Of a stretch of DNA of 64,000 nucleotides, positions 1 to 13,171 are shown one piece after another. The first letter of the stretch is position 1. Every line of letters begins with the position of its first letter. This DNA comes from Gordius albopunctatus (Eukaryota), in contig OZ193909.1 in the NCBI GenBank assembly GCA_964276515.1, forward strand, positions 12,152,001 to 12,216,000. The letters run 5' to 3'. The notes below the pieces were generated by a model, which did no database searches, had not been told where the DNA came from, and saw only the letters and a program-made list of their open reading frames with translations. The translations under genes and the position numbers were made by a program.

Positions 1-64
1 TTATCTTGTCGCGTGACTAAATTTCTTTATTTAAAAGTATATTTCAATTATTTATACACTATAG

Positions 65-642
65 CTCTCGGGTTTGGGGGTTTGTGGCGCTTTACAAGCT
101 CGTTCACCAAAGTAAGTTGTATTTCGATATCGTCATAAATAATACCAAAATAATCAATCACACTTATCATTTTTATCGTCTCGTTTGCCCAGAATTCTTC
201 GACGAGTACTGAAAACGTGGAAATTTTTGTAAACTGTCTTGAAGCCATGATAGAAACCTGTTTATCGACCCATCTCCCCCACCAATCTCAACTCGATCTC
301 CTCCATCACCCCCTAAAGGTTCCTGCAACGAAAAAGGGAATCGCAAAAGTAGTTACCTCAGCTAATGCGACAATTATCGCTGAAGGACGTGATAACCTAA
401 ATAACCGTTTCAGCGAATTTAACGACGTTCGTCAACGCATACGCAGAGCGACCGAAAGTTTAAGTCGTTTGAACGTTAGGAAATCATCTTTTACAGCCTC
501 TTCGTCGGTGGTACCCGTGCGTAATAGAACCATCTCCTGTACCAAAACTTCTCACGACGTTTCAAGCGCTATTGACAACGTCAAAACTAGACTCGGAGGC
601 AGATCCTCTTTAAATGATGCCATCGTTACTACTCATAAATAA
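65..642 (+). CDS. NF1: Neurofibromin (NF1) C-terminal end; last two coding exons 65-111 and 193-642; gene begins upstream of the window
   Basis: Exon 65-111 (ag at 63-64, gtaagt at 112) reads LGFGGLWRFTSSFTK. After an 81-nt intron, exon 193 reads NSSTSTENVEIFVNCLEAMIETCL in frame with ORF 217-642. This matches the conserved NF1 C-terminal motif GFGGLWRFAGPFTK...ELFVNCLEAMVETCL recalled from invertebrate NF1. Confidence 0.9.
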
Positions 643-1702
643 ATTTTTCGTCATCTTTTTTGTATGTAATAATTGTCACCCAGCAGTCTTACAATATATT
701 TTTTTATTTAATATGTCATTTGATATCACGTTTTTATGTCAATCCAAATACAATGTTTTTGGTATATTGTCTTGAAAATATAGTATATACTTTTATGGGG
801 AAGCTTAGAATTTATAATTGTAAGATGCAAAACTACGATGAAATTTCCATTAGTTAGATGTTTATCATACTTCTTTATTATAATTCTTAATTTGAGTGTC
901 AAATGGCATAATGATACAATCTTAGACCTTTATTTAGACTATGATTTCAATTATAATAAAAATTATAATATTTTAAATTGCAAATTTTGTTTTTAAAGTA
1001 TAGTAAAAATCGTAATACTAGATATATTTGATGCATTTTAATTATGTTTTGGAAAGTGGTGTCTCAGGTATAGCTGCCCGAGACCAAGCTCTGAAGATTT
1101 GGGTAATAAAGATAATGAGATTTATACATAATTTTTGTTGGTGTAATTTTTATCCACGTTCCATAGGTCATTTTTTTCTTTGACCATATATTATTTAAGT
1201 GCTTCTCATCGTAACGAAACAGAGACTTTTAGGAATCAGGTACTTAATTTGGTCTATAAGAATATCAAATTATTAATAATGCAAAAAAAATTGAAAATGT
1301 TTTTTTAATTGCTATGCAATTTATAATTTTATATTATTTATCTTCTCATGTATAGCCCCCATATACAATAATTAAAAAGAATAAAATATTTCTAGCTTTA
1401 ATATCATTTGTATATCAATGAGGTGATATTTTTCTATAATTGGCGGAATTAATTTAGAGCCCCATTAATTTGGGCCTGAAGGGCTTTTATATAAATTTGG
1501 ACTCGGCAGCTTTAATGATTCATGCATGGCTGAATTGAGATTTAGACGGGTAGGGCAATTTATTTATAAAATCTAGCTGTTCAGTAGAAAATCTTGAAAA
1601 CGCTCACCACTAATAGCTGCTCTATTCAATATTTTATCTATATTATAAATCATAATATTCACAAATGATTTTAAAAGTTTGACGCTTAATTTTAACACCT
1701 AA

Positions 1703-2062
1703 GGGCTTGTCTTAATATCGGATTTTAACGCGCAGCAAAAATCGTCATACGTGTTTTAACATAGCCGTGTCTAAATATCCGATTTACATGAGATTTCGTT
1801 TTTAGACGCATCATAACATAACAGCGATTTTGTAGGATGCAAAACTTTTCCTAGGCTTAAATTTTGTATGTTTTTAAATTTTAAGGTATCAGTAAAGTTT
1901 AGATTTAATCTCAAGACTTGAAATAAACAAAAAACGTTTTTAACTATCAAAAAACAAAATATTTATAATTACAACCGAGTTTGACCCATAAAATTGAATC
2001 GGATATTTAGACAAAGTTAAATTCGCGCGATTTGAATCTGAATCCGATATTAAGACAAGCCC
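1703..2062. mobile_element. PIF/Harbinger (Tourist-like) MITE, 360 bp
   Basis: Perfect 22-bp TIR gggcttgtcttaatatcggatt / aatccgatattaagacaagccc, TAA on both flanks (1700-1702, 2063-2065), and internal inverted subterminal repeats. A degenerate relative lies at ~47130-47400. Confidence 0.85.
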
Positions 2063-3057
2063 TAAGAAGGTTTTGGGAAATTATAATAAGCTTCAACTAG
2101 CATTTTTTGAATACATTTGGATAAGGGGTATAGTCAAATACAAGAGAACATTGCACCATATGCACAATGGTTGTTCAATCATAGTCTTTTAGAAATCCAC
2201 TTTCGAATATTCGGATTATAATGATTTGTGTCATTCTTGATGCTTTCTAATATTGAAAAAAATTAAAACTTAATTTTTAAATTTTCTTTATATTTTAAAA
2301 TTTAATAGGAAAGACTGGGGTTAGACCTTGGTCACGATATTTTAAAATATTGGGAAATAAATTTTATAATAAACTCATTTTTTGATTGATTTTAGTTGAC
2401 AAGATAGTTGAAATTTAAGAACACTTGTTTTGGGCATTTTTTAAGTAAATAATTTTTTCCCTTTTAAGAGAAATAGAGGTTAACAAAACAATATATTCCT
2501 ATAAAAGTTGCATGTCTTAAATATTAATGGCTACTAATATTAAGTTTTCCTAAAATTAAAGTTATGTTTTGATCTCAAACTATTTTTTCTTTGAATTATA
2601 AATACCCAGAAACATCTTTATTGATTTCCAAAAATAATCAAAGGCAAATGTATTTTAAATAAAGCATTATATATGAGCGAAAAATTACTACTTTCGCAGC
2701 ACATTATTTGATTGTTTTGGGTGAATTCGCAATCACAATTTTATTCAGAACGCCAACATCATTTAATACCCCAAAATTTTAATTCGCGTTTAATAATTCA
2801 ATGAAAATACATCAATAATGTTTTTTTAATGCCAAAATATCGATTAAAAATTTATCTACAATCCCTCGTTTTATTGAAAGTGATGACCATTTTAATGTCA
2901 TCTTTGAAATAACAACCTTTTTGCAAGACCCTTACAAAATTGCAATTAAATACTCCTGTTTTAAAGTCTGAAGCGGAATATTTTAGGTGACGAAATAAAA
3001 TTTAATATCTTAGCAATTCTAAAAAAATTTAGACGCTCGAACTGTCTATAATGGAGT

Positions 3058-3492
3058 TCAGGATGGGCACGTGGCGGGGAACCATTGACTCAAAACATGT
3101 TCACATTCATTTTTTATAATTGGAATGACCAAAAATACGCTCATATTATAGAGGTCCTTAATGTTTGATTGTGAAATATTAATGTATCGAGTATACATAA
3201 ATCTTAACACTGTTGTAAAGGTTCTTCTCGTTTCTTCGACATCATCAACCGTCAGAATTATCTCTAACAAGTCGTCCGACTTTTCAAGAGCCTGCTTGAA
3301 ATATTGCGAAAACGCAGCAAGGATCAAACGGTGACAATGGAATTTTTGTCCATCGACATTAATAGTTATATCAGGAAATAGAATTTTGCCGTTATTCCAA
3401 ATTTGAAGCAAAAAGTGGAGAAATTGTTTGTGCTCCTCTGAATCGTCACCGTGGGAATTACTAGAATCGTAAATTTGTAATAACTGGGTCAT
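3058..3492 (-). CDS. Small single-exon BTB/POZ-domain protein (144 aa)
   Basis: Typical BTB motifs DITINVDGQKFHCHRLILAAFSQYF and FTTVLRFMYT...NIKDLY...LVIPIIKNEC. The stop follows the domain directly. Confidence 0.8.
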   Translation of the reverse strand: MTQLLQIYDSSNSHGDDSEEHKQFLHFLLQIWNNGKILFPDITINVDGQKFHCHRLILAAFSQYFKQALEKSDDLLEIILTVDDVEETRRTFTTVLRFMYTRYINISQSNIKDLYNMSVFLVIPIIKNECEHVLSQWFPATCPS

Positions 3493-3599
3493 GAGGTTTT
3501 TTAGTTAAATATTGCAAACCATAGAACGCAGTTCTTAAGTTAACACTCGTTTTAAAAATTGAATTGCTTGTTCGATATTTTATTTTACCCCGTGTGTAT

Positions 3600-4700
3600 C
3601 CCTCCACTCCACCCAGAAATAAAAGGTTATCGGGTATTGTGGTTCCTTTAGCTGCGGTGTTCGTGTATGTTGGGTACGGTATATAATTTTATCAGCATCC
3701 AGGTCCTTGGTAATAAGTCAGCTGGATTCTGTGCGGTTGGTTTTTAAAACATTTTGAAGTGTATCACGACGAGCAGGGTTTCCGAACGTTCGGATTAGCT
3801 TTTATTTCTGGCGTTTTGAAACCTCTTTTCTTCAAAGAGTAGTAGGGTGCGGTGGAGTCCATTACTACCTTGGGGTAGTATAAGCCAATTGATTCCCAGT
3901 GTTTCGCCTATGTGATGTGGGAGACATTATGGCATCGTAGAGCCAATTGCTGCAGCTGCACCGTCGAAGGCAACGCTGAAGGTTTGTGCTTTTACAATAC
4001 CTTGATGTAGAGGCTGAACGCATCGGCAAAGACAGTGATATCCGACTTAACGTAATTGTAACGATGTGTCGAAGGGTGCTTAGCAAGCTCTAAATTGTAT
4101 GGCAGGCAGCCTAGTAATTTGAACATCCCCGTGAGGTTGCATAATAGTTGTTCAAGGACGCTAGAGGTTCCAGCAAGGTAAGTTTGAGAGGGGCGACGTC
4201 ATTCTATAAGAGCGTAGAAGCGGATGTTGGCTGCATGCGAAATCCGGGTGATCATGTTATCTAAACATTTGATTTTGCTAGGCGACGTTGATGTCTAAGC
4301 CAAGTGGATCGCAGATTTCGGTGGGTTCGCTGATGCGAGGGATTTAGAAACTGCCGTTCAGGGTTTGATACCGCCACGGCGGATTATGGCTGCGTTTGAA
4401 TTAGCGCTTCTTGTTGTTTTTGTGCCACAGCTTGGGCTTTCGCCGTTTTAGTTTGGGCATAGGAGGGTGTTTATTAAACGAATGGTTAATGCTAACTGGC
4501 CCTAGACTGCTCTGGAGAAGTCGTCTCGAAGGGCATATGCTTGTCCGGTGTTGCGCACCTCACTTTGCGACCTAGTGCTAGGCGTTAAATTTAGGTTTGT
4601 AGAAGGATCAATTTGAAACAAGCGAATGGTTAATATGAGCGAGAGTAGTGGAACAATTTAAGATGCAAAGGGATAAAAGGCGAGAATGCCTGCAGGAAAA
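3600..4700 (-). mobile_element. GC-elevated degenerate coding-like island, possibly a decayed retroelement ORF1
   Basis: Abrupt composition shift and long minus-strand frames broken by stops. No diagnostic motif recognised. Confidence 0.3.
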
Positions 4701-5092
4701 TTGCTAGGTCACTTTTGAATGATAAATCTTATTTATCACGTGGCCATCTTATTACGGTAAGACTTGTATATTCCATAAGTTAATTTTACACTTAAAGTGC
4801 TTTTAAAATTTTACCCCTTTATTAAGTAACCCCAAATGAAGTTAAATAAAAAGTAAAACAATGATTTTATAATGAAGTGAAAGTATCACGTGCGAGTCCA
4901 CATATAGTTGTATCCAAATAAGAAATCTGCTAATGTTATCATTTAATTTTGTTAATATCGAATATTTTGTAACAATTTTCGGAGACAAGAGGAGGAACAG
5001 AGTACATGCGACACGAACGGAAAATGCGAATGAACAAAACTTAAAATTTTAGTTCAATATTTATATAGATATATAAACCATTGGCCAGGTTC

Positions 5093-5592
5093 AGATAAAG
5101 TAGAAGTAAGCAACGGTCATCATTAATTTGCAGGGAATTTTAAAGCCAGTTTCGCAATCATCCGTTATCAAGCAACAACTGAGACAATGTCAGATAAAAT
5201 TCACAAAACAGCAAATATAAATAGCGTATAATTAGAATTTTGGTTTTTGGCAGGGGTTAGATAAAGTAGAAGTAAGCAAGGGTCATCATTAATTTGCTGG
5301 GAATTATTTAGCCAGTTTACCAAGTATCCGATATATAGCAACAACTTAGAGAAGCTGCAAAAAGAAATTTATGTATAAAGCTAATCAGACGGGCCCATAA
5401 ACAATAATGGAATTGGGACTCGAGCGAGGTCAAAAAATCAAAGCCAACCAGCATTCAAAATATGAGTCTTATACAGAAGCATAAGTCCACAGCAATTAAA
5501 AATCTCCACGGCAATTATTTAAAAGTTACAAGTTGGACGGACGAAAAACGCACGGACAACCAAAAGGGAGTCCATACATTGCATAGCAATTA
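5093..5592 (-). mobile_element. Partial HINE/DINE-1-like element (5' end) with ~166-bp tandem duplication
   Basis: ggacggacg...ggacaaccaaaa...attgcatagcaattaa at ~5536-5592 matches the 5' end of the copies at 19472-20228 and 42865-44765. agataaagtagaagtaagcaa repeats at 5093 and 5259. Confidence 0.6.
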
Positions 5593-6097
5593 ATATATAA
5601 TTCATTATTAATCATATAAAAATGGGGAAGTGTAATATTAAGTGTCATATCAATAAATGGAAGCAATAGTTTTTACGCGAATATATTCTTTGCAAAAGTT
5701 ATATATATATATAGGAATGAAAAGGCTGTGCTCGAAAATAATTATAATTTCCATTAGTTTGAGGTCGTCTGCAATATATAACAAATTTAACAATGGGGGG
5801 GGGGGAGCTGGCAAAATGCGGAAACGGTTAATATAAATTATAATAGGGCTTAAGGTTTTATTTTATTGATATGAATTTGTAGAAAAAGACCATTAACCCA
5901 AATGTCACTATTAATAATAGTAAATTTCTTAAGTTTGCATTATTTAATCAAACTAAGCAAATATTGCTTGGAGGGAAAGGCTTGTGTTACTCCTCGCCTC
6001 GCTATAAACAATTCAAAGGCATAATTCATTGAACCCGATTGAATACTTATCACAGGTGAACTTTTATAAGTGTTGGGAGTAGCATAGCAAAGATTAC

Positions 6098-6269
6098 CAT
6101 GGGCGTAACCAGGAGGGAGTGAGGAGCAGCTGACCCTCCCTCCTAAATATATATATATTTTTTAATTTTAATGAAAATATGTCCTAATTTTTAAATAATC
6201 ATCATTTTGACATAAATATTTCCCAAACATTTTGCCCCCTCTCTAATTTTAATCTTGGCTATTCCCATG
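6098..6269. mobile_element. Short hAT-type MITE (catgggcgtaaccagg family)
   Basis: Imperfect TIRs catgggcgtaaccagg / cttggctattcccatg. Degenerate 8-bp flanks aagattac / aatatttc. Same family as 10109-10275 and 15596-15749. Confidence 0.65.
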
Positions 6270-6429
6270 AATATTTCTTAAAGATATTTTAATCAATATA
6301 TTTATGACAAGATATTCTAAACTTTATAAGTATCCATTAATAAAGTAGTAGGTTACAAGGGAAAGTGCTGAGTGGTAAATTAAGTAAAAATATAATTACA
6401 CTGATAAACAAATAATGGACTTATAAAAT

Positions 6430-7110
6430 CAGCCGTCAAACTGTTTATAGATTTTGGGAGAGTTTTGCGCGGTCCCTATACGTCAATTTTTTGAAAAATT
6501 TGCTGTCAAAGTTGCTAAAAATAGCGATTTTGGCGTTTTTAAAACGTTAATAACTTGCAAATTAAGCGATAAAATATTGGTTTAAATTTGATTTATAAAT
6601 AAAGGGGAGAGGAATCCATTAATAAACTTTATTACCCAAGCTCTATTAATTTATGATACATTCAAAAGTAACTAATCTCTATCTGTTTACATTCACAAAT
6701 TGTCCCAGACTTAAGGTCTCCCGCCCCCCTCACTTTAACACTAGGAATTAAGTGCGGGTTGTTGTTATCTTATACTACTAGAGTAGAGACCTGCATGGCC
6801 TTCTGCTCTAAAATAAAACAACGGGCAGGGGTCGGGTCGTTATATAACTTAACGGGATCGTGTCTAGATTTACGTAAGGCCCACTAAAAGCCCGTTGCAA
6901 AATCAATTAAATTTTTATTTGTGGTTTTTAAAGTATAAACTATATTTATATTTGATGGTTATTAAATTAAAATTATACCAATATTTGCAAGAATCGTTGT
7001 TTTTAGCAACTTTGACGGCAGCTATTTGAAAAACTTGATGTATAGGGAAAAAATTAAAAATATATTCGTATTCACCATAAAAAATTCTACCAAAATCTGC
7101 AGTTTGCAGG
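6430..7110. mobile_element. Foldback-type MITE with long imperfect TIRs
   Basis: ccctatacgtcaatttttt...gctgtcaaagttgctaaaaatagcgatt (~6474-6530) is the inverted counterpart of aatcgttgtttttagcaactttgacggcagc...gatgtataggg (~6992-7047). A hAT-like end (tagagacctgca) lies inside. Confidence 0.6.
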
Positions 7111-9264
7111 TCAATTTTCCCTGTTTAGCACATATTTTGGAAAAACTGAAACTGAATGCTTTTTATATGTGTAGAATGGCAAAAGATGCTCAGATAACTA
7201 TTGCTAAGATTCAATAATGCCTGATAGTCAGTCCTACGTGTTTAAGTGCTTTCATAAGGTTATCTGCCACTTAATTTTTAGTACAGGATGTATACGCAAT
7301 ACTTGTAAAAATAAAGTTATGACAACCAATATCTATCTCGCATGTTTACATATAAAATCGGTAAGTCACTATAATAATAATTATTAGATGGCATTTCTAT
7401 GAAATATAAAGGGAAGCGATGTTAAATTAATGGAACTATGTCATAGTTACGACATATCTCAGGTGGTTGGTTAAAAAGCTCAGAAACTCTATTATCTTAT
7501 GGCCTAAACAGCATATTAGGTGTTGGTCCAAAGGTTTTCCTAAATTCTATTGATATCTCCTCTGTTCCCCTTTCCCTAAAGAGCGCTTATTCATCCCCTT
7601 TTGCTGCTGGGTAATAGCAGCGTAGCAGAGAAGCAGAAGCAGTTCTTTTTTCTCTTAACTTCCACACAATGAATCTGATAGCGCGCGGGGCAATTAACCC
7701 AGGTGAAAAATTAAAAGAAATGGGGGAGAACAAAACTCTACCCTCCACCCTGTATAACAATGATGACGAGGCTCGAATTAATTGAGTTTATCCCGACGCC
7801 AAGTTTGTTCTACTACGCACATCGAACACCCCAGTTATAACTTCTATCTTTCCCATACCCCAACCGACGACATTCAGTCAGATAAGAATATAATTAAAGA
7901 AGTAAATCCGTGTTAAACGTTTATTCTTCCACCCTTCTCCCTCCTCAACCCCTACCTAAACCTCTACGACACAGAAATTAGAATGGCGCCGCCCCGTTAT
8001 GTACTTAAGCTTGCTCTGCTAGGTCTTGGGTTGGGATAAGAAAGGAAAGGTGAATCCTGCCTGACTGCTCCTAATAGCGGGCTAATCAAAAGGGAAGGAA
8101 AATTAAAGTGAGCATGTGGAATTTAACCTAAATTCTATGCATATCTTGAGGCATTATCCACCCTCGCCTATAAGGCCGCCCAAACACACTACACAAATCA
8201 TGGTATGCTAGTGTGAAAAGTGCCCCTTTGAATCCGTCGCGCTATTTATTCTAACCAACCCGATTCATTTTGACGCTCACAAGTTAAAACCGCAAGTAAA
8301 CCTGGGAAGCTGTGGAGCACGGCATGCTGAACTTAAAAAAGAAAAGTGGTTTCACTCAATAAAAAATACAGCAACCGTCGTACACATATAATTTCTAACC
8401 CCTCTCTCCTAAGGAATGTTTTCTTAAATCAATCATTGGAACAATCTCATCGAATATGAAATCGATCATTCATTAATAGTACTCGCTTTATATGTACTGA
8501 TGTGAAATTGAGAGGATTGAACGAATTTACGTAAGTTTTTCAATCTAGTTTAATTGCAAAGCTTGATCAACAATTAACAAATTTTATTTTATAAAATTTC
8601 AATAATATGAATTTAATGTTTTTATTTCTTACAATTTAACGCGATAATAAGCATTAAACGTTTACACATTACTTTATAACACAATGAATTATTTTCAGCG
8701 ACTAATACATTTTTTCAGATTAATTAAGACTTATCTAACTCACGCATTTTAATGGTAGGGAGTCGGGGATAAAATCAGCTTTTATTTACATGAAATCTGG
8801 GAATTAATGATTTTAAATTTAGAGATGACAATATATGCTCCCAATTTTGAAAATGGCAAACATGCGAAGTTTTTTTGTTATTGAAAAAATTACGTCCATT
8901 TGTGCACTACCTCCCCTCCCCACCCAACTTATATTTCTTGAAAACATTTTGAGTTCAAAATTTATAAGTGTGCTTCTAACCACTAAAAGCATTATCCTAA
9001 ATTTAATGATTAAATAAAATATTGAATTCAGAAGAGGTGTGCTTATTTAGATTATTTTAATCTTTTATTAAAATTATCGAGGCTAAAAATGTAATTGATA
9101 GAACATCATTCTAAAAGTTTTTGTTAGAAAAATTTTATCGTAAATACGTAATCTTAGACAATCTGTTATGATTTTTCGCTAAGCTCAATGTAAAGCATCT
9201 TACTGAAGATTTTAAGACGATTATTTTTATAATCTATTTTTTTATTATTATAACAGAAAAGGCA

Positions 9265-12200
9265 ATGCTACATCAAATATACGTGGCAGCCATTTTGATG
9301 TCGGTACTACAAGTGAGTTTTTCTAGAAGTTTTCTTTGTAATGTGAAGAAAAATATAATGTGTTGGAATGACCCTAATCTCGCCAAAATTTATAAATCAA
9401 CTAGAACTAAATGAAAAATTTTAGGATTTGTCGATTAATTTTTCAGGCAATTTAAGAATTCTATCCATATTTTTTATAAAACCAAAAATTAAGAAAAATA
9501 TCTACCATTTTTCTCTGCATATTCTAACTTTATATGGGTATAAATTTATGAATAATCAGAATTAGGATTTAAAATTTACAAATGGTGGAGCCATTTTGTA
9601 TTATTATTAGCTAAATTAACTAATTTTTTACATTTACACTTTGCCTTACAATTATTTATACAAAATTAATTATTATTGTGCTTTGTAGTGTCAAATCTAT
9701 TTGTAACTCGGGGAAATATTTTGTTACAAAAATTTTAAAAGTTTTATGCTTTTTGATTTAACTTTAATTTACACATAATACTTTATATTTATGTTGGTAT
9801 GAGCAAAATTTATATAATCGACATATTATAAACAAATATTAATTGATAATGAAAATCACTTTTACAATATTATAAAAACATACCCTTGATTTAGAAAGAC
9901 CGAAGAAAATGAATTGAGTGTTGTTAAGAAAAAATTAAGAAAGTCTTAAATAAAATTAATTTACGAAAAATATTGACAATTTTTCGTGCACAACATTTAA
10001 TATGAATATGAGTAAACGTCAATTAAATTGATTTTGGTCATAACGAGCATAGGGATTTGAAAAAGACCTTATTATATGCAAACATTATTTAGAGCAATTT
10101 AATGGATCCATGGGGGCAGTCAGGGGTGGCAGAGAAGAGCGGCTGTCCCTCTCTAAATCTAAAAATTCTTTAAAATTTAATATATATAATTTTGGCTAAA
10201 ATTTCCAAAAATTAAAATTTTGCCGCTCCTAAATATTTATCCCCCCCCCCTCTGAATCAATCCTGGCTGCGCATGAATGGAACAGTTTAAAATTAGCTAA
10301 TATAACTTAGGATTATTATCCAATTTCTTTGTTTCACTTATCTCATAAAATAAAGTATGGTATAATGTCGAAATATAAGGCATGTAAAGAGAAAACATGG
10401 AAAGTGTGTCAGTTACATAATGCAGATAAATTTAAGCTGTCAAGATTACTAATCCATTACAGGTAATGGATTCACACATATTATTCCTAAGCCCCTATTG
10501 TGAAATGGAGTTCATTAATTATTGCAAATCTCACCCACATATTTAAAGTTTATAGTGTTGTTGATGCAAATAGATAAACTTATTTTACCGATTTGATAAA
10601 ATAATTAAGATGTAAAGAAAATTAAAAATAATTTTTAATTTAATAAATAAATAAATATACGATAATTTTCTCGTTATTTAGGTGACACACGGGTTGGATG
10701 GATTAGAATGTAAGATAATCCTCAAATTTAAAAATCTAACGCTATAATAGTAACATTACTGTGCAAAATGAATTCAATGGATGTGATGTTCAGATTTGCG
10801 GAACCATTTAATGGTGTTATAGTCACAATACAAGACCCAAAACATCAGTGCATTGTTCGAGGAGCTAAATCCAAACGACTAACATTTTCTATTCCAAACA
10901 ATGGCTGTGGAACGCTAGGTGTAAGGATGAACTTACACCTTTCAGAATAACTTAAATTTCGTATTTATTATACTTTTAAACTAGTAATCGCCAATAAAAT
11001 CCAATCTTGTTATTGATAATTTATAATTAAAAGGGTTACATATGCATTTTACTAGTTTTTCAAAGTTTAAAATGAGGTATAGTCGGAAGCCCGCACCCAC
11101 TGAACATTAGAAAATTATATAGTCGGATTGGGACTTTGTTTATACTTACTAACTAAAAGGTGTTTTAATCAGCGTTATTATGAGGTATTGCTAGCTAGCA
11201 CTAACCACAAACTTGTTTGAACTCGGTTGTGGAATATAAATTGCTTAGGCTAGGCTTAATATGTATACCACTGAAGTGTTATTCTAGTCATTTTTCGAAA
11301 TGCATGATTAAGTAAATTCATCATAAATCTTTTATTTTTTAATGACCATGTATGAAATCTAGCTATTGTATTTAACTTGTTTTAGAATCGAGAACAGGGT
11401 TTTAATAATACGCTTCGTATTCAACAAGAAGAATCAGTGATTACGGCACAAGATGAATTTTGGGACATCGATTGCTTACATAAAACTTCAAGTTTTCCTC
11501 AAATCCAAGGAGGATTTACTCCATCCGCTGATAATAACGGGATTCTAACTATTACACCAAATGGCACAGTGTAAGATAAAGTTTGTCAGCCTCAATAAAA
11601 TAATTGATTAAGTAACATGAACATTCAAAGTGATTTTTATCATTTAAGCTGGTCCTAATTCCATTTAGAACTTAAAGTTAAAAGGCAGCTTTATAGCTTA
11701 TGCTTGCTTATCAATTATATATAAAGTCCGTTAACTAATAGAGATTAATTTTATTGAAGTGTCTTATCCAAAATTTCGGACGTCCCAGTTTTACCCGAAT
11801 GGAAGGTTCTAACTATCGTAGCCAGTTGTGCCGCATTCACCGTGTTAATTATCTTGGTTCTTTGCGCTTGGTGGTGCTCTAGGAAAAGAAGGGAAGTAAC
11901 TAAGCTAAGCTACACTTCGAACGCAAACCTAATGAATGGACTTGCAGGAAACTCGAATAATATTTCTGCCTTGACGCCTTACATCAGCGACCACAGAAGC
12001 AGAGAATATTTTAATCAACATCAAACTTGCAACGTGGTTAATAGCCGAGGCGTTAACATTAATTTAGATCACAGGCTCATGGTTAGGCAGAGCCCAAGCA
12101 AATCGGCCAACTGGTTTTTCAGCGGTTCACAAGCTTTTCACTCCAAGTTTAATCTATCCAGCGGTAAAAGAAGGGCTAATCGTGGGAATAGGGGAAATTT

Positions 12201-12624
12201 GTCACCTTTCATTCTCTACCCCGATGCTAGACTAGCTAATGGTCTAATCCAATCGTCTCCATCTTCTTTTGATCATTCATCCTCATATTCAGCCGGATTG
12301 GGCGGCAATAGAGGGGGCCTTATATCGTCTTCCTCAACCGATGATGACAAAGGATTACTGCACTTAAGTCTCTACATGAAACCACCGACACAAATGTCGC
12401 ACCCGTTGTCCGAAGTTTTACGAGGCAAAAAATGCCGGCGCGATACCAAGGGTAATACCTTTCAATCGTGGAAAACGGTAAACTTAGCGGTTGATGGGAC
12501 CGTGATGAAGGAATATCGATTGCCGAGAATATATTTGGGCAATGTGAAAAATTCAAATTCTGCCAACGTGCTCAACAATGTGGCTTCTACACCTACACCC
12601 ATAAATAGTAATTTTCGGTTATAG
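9265..12624 (+). CDS. Membrane protein with signal peptide, isolated ZP-N (PLAC1-homology) domain, TM helix and long cytoplasmic tail (papillote-like apical ECM/cuticle protein)
   Basis: In-frame GT-AG exons 9265-9312 (MLHQIYVAAILMSVLQ), 10682-10709, 10751-10920, 11386-11570 and 11760-12624. Four ZP-N cysteines with the motifs LCKMNSMDVMFRFAEPFNGVI, NGCGT and FNNTLRIQQEESVITAQDEFWDIDC. TM WKVLTIVASCAAFTVLIILVLCAWWC followed by SRKRR. Confidence 0.8.
10109..10275. mobile_element. Short hAT-type MITE in ZP gene intron 1
   Basis: TIRs catgggggcagtcagg / cctggctgcgcatg. 8-bp TSD aatggatc / aatggaac (1 mismatch). Confidence 0.7.
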
Positions 12625-13171
12625 ATCTGGGCTCGAGGTTTTATTAAACCTTATATAAGCAAATCGTTATTGTAGAGAATTAATAACCTAGGATAAATTC
12701 TTAAATTTTATGAAACAATTCTAACAATTCGATAGCATTAAGTTTTCAGTTTGATTTAGGCTTTTGAGAATGACTTTTTAAAAAGTTTTGAATTGTTTTT
12801 AAAATTTTTATGATATGAGACCGGGGGAATAGGTCCCGAGTTTAAAAAATTAAAGGAAATTCAAAAAGGTGTGTAAATTAATATTTATTGACTTTAATAT
12901 TCAAGATCTCTCTCGTTCGTTCTATGAAAAAACTTGTACAATTACAGTCATTTTAATGTTTCCTAATCTTTATGGATTAGCTTTGATTAAAATTTCTCAA
13001 AATAATCTGAATATATTTAAATAGAGTTTTTAAGATGTAAATCTGAAACAAAAACATCGAATTTTTTGTTTGTTAATATTCGAGATCATTTTTACAATTT
13101 GAATGGAATTGATTTGTATTTAGGTATGATCGAATCCAATAATCTGTAATGCTAGCATTCTATATTATGGC

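Noticed and set aside
7480..8200. GC-elevated patch with an HILR-like LINE remnant
   Set aside because: Too decayed to assign family or boundaries.
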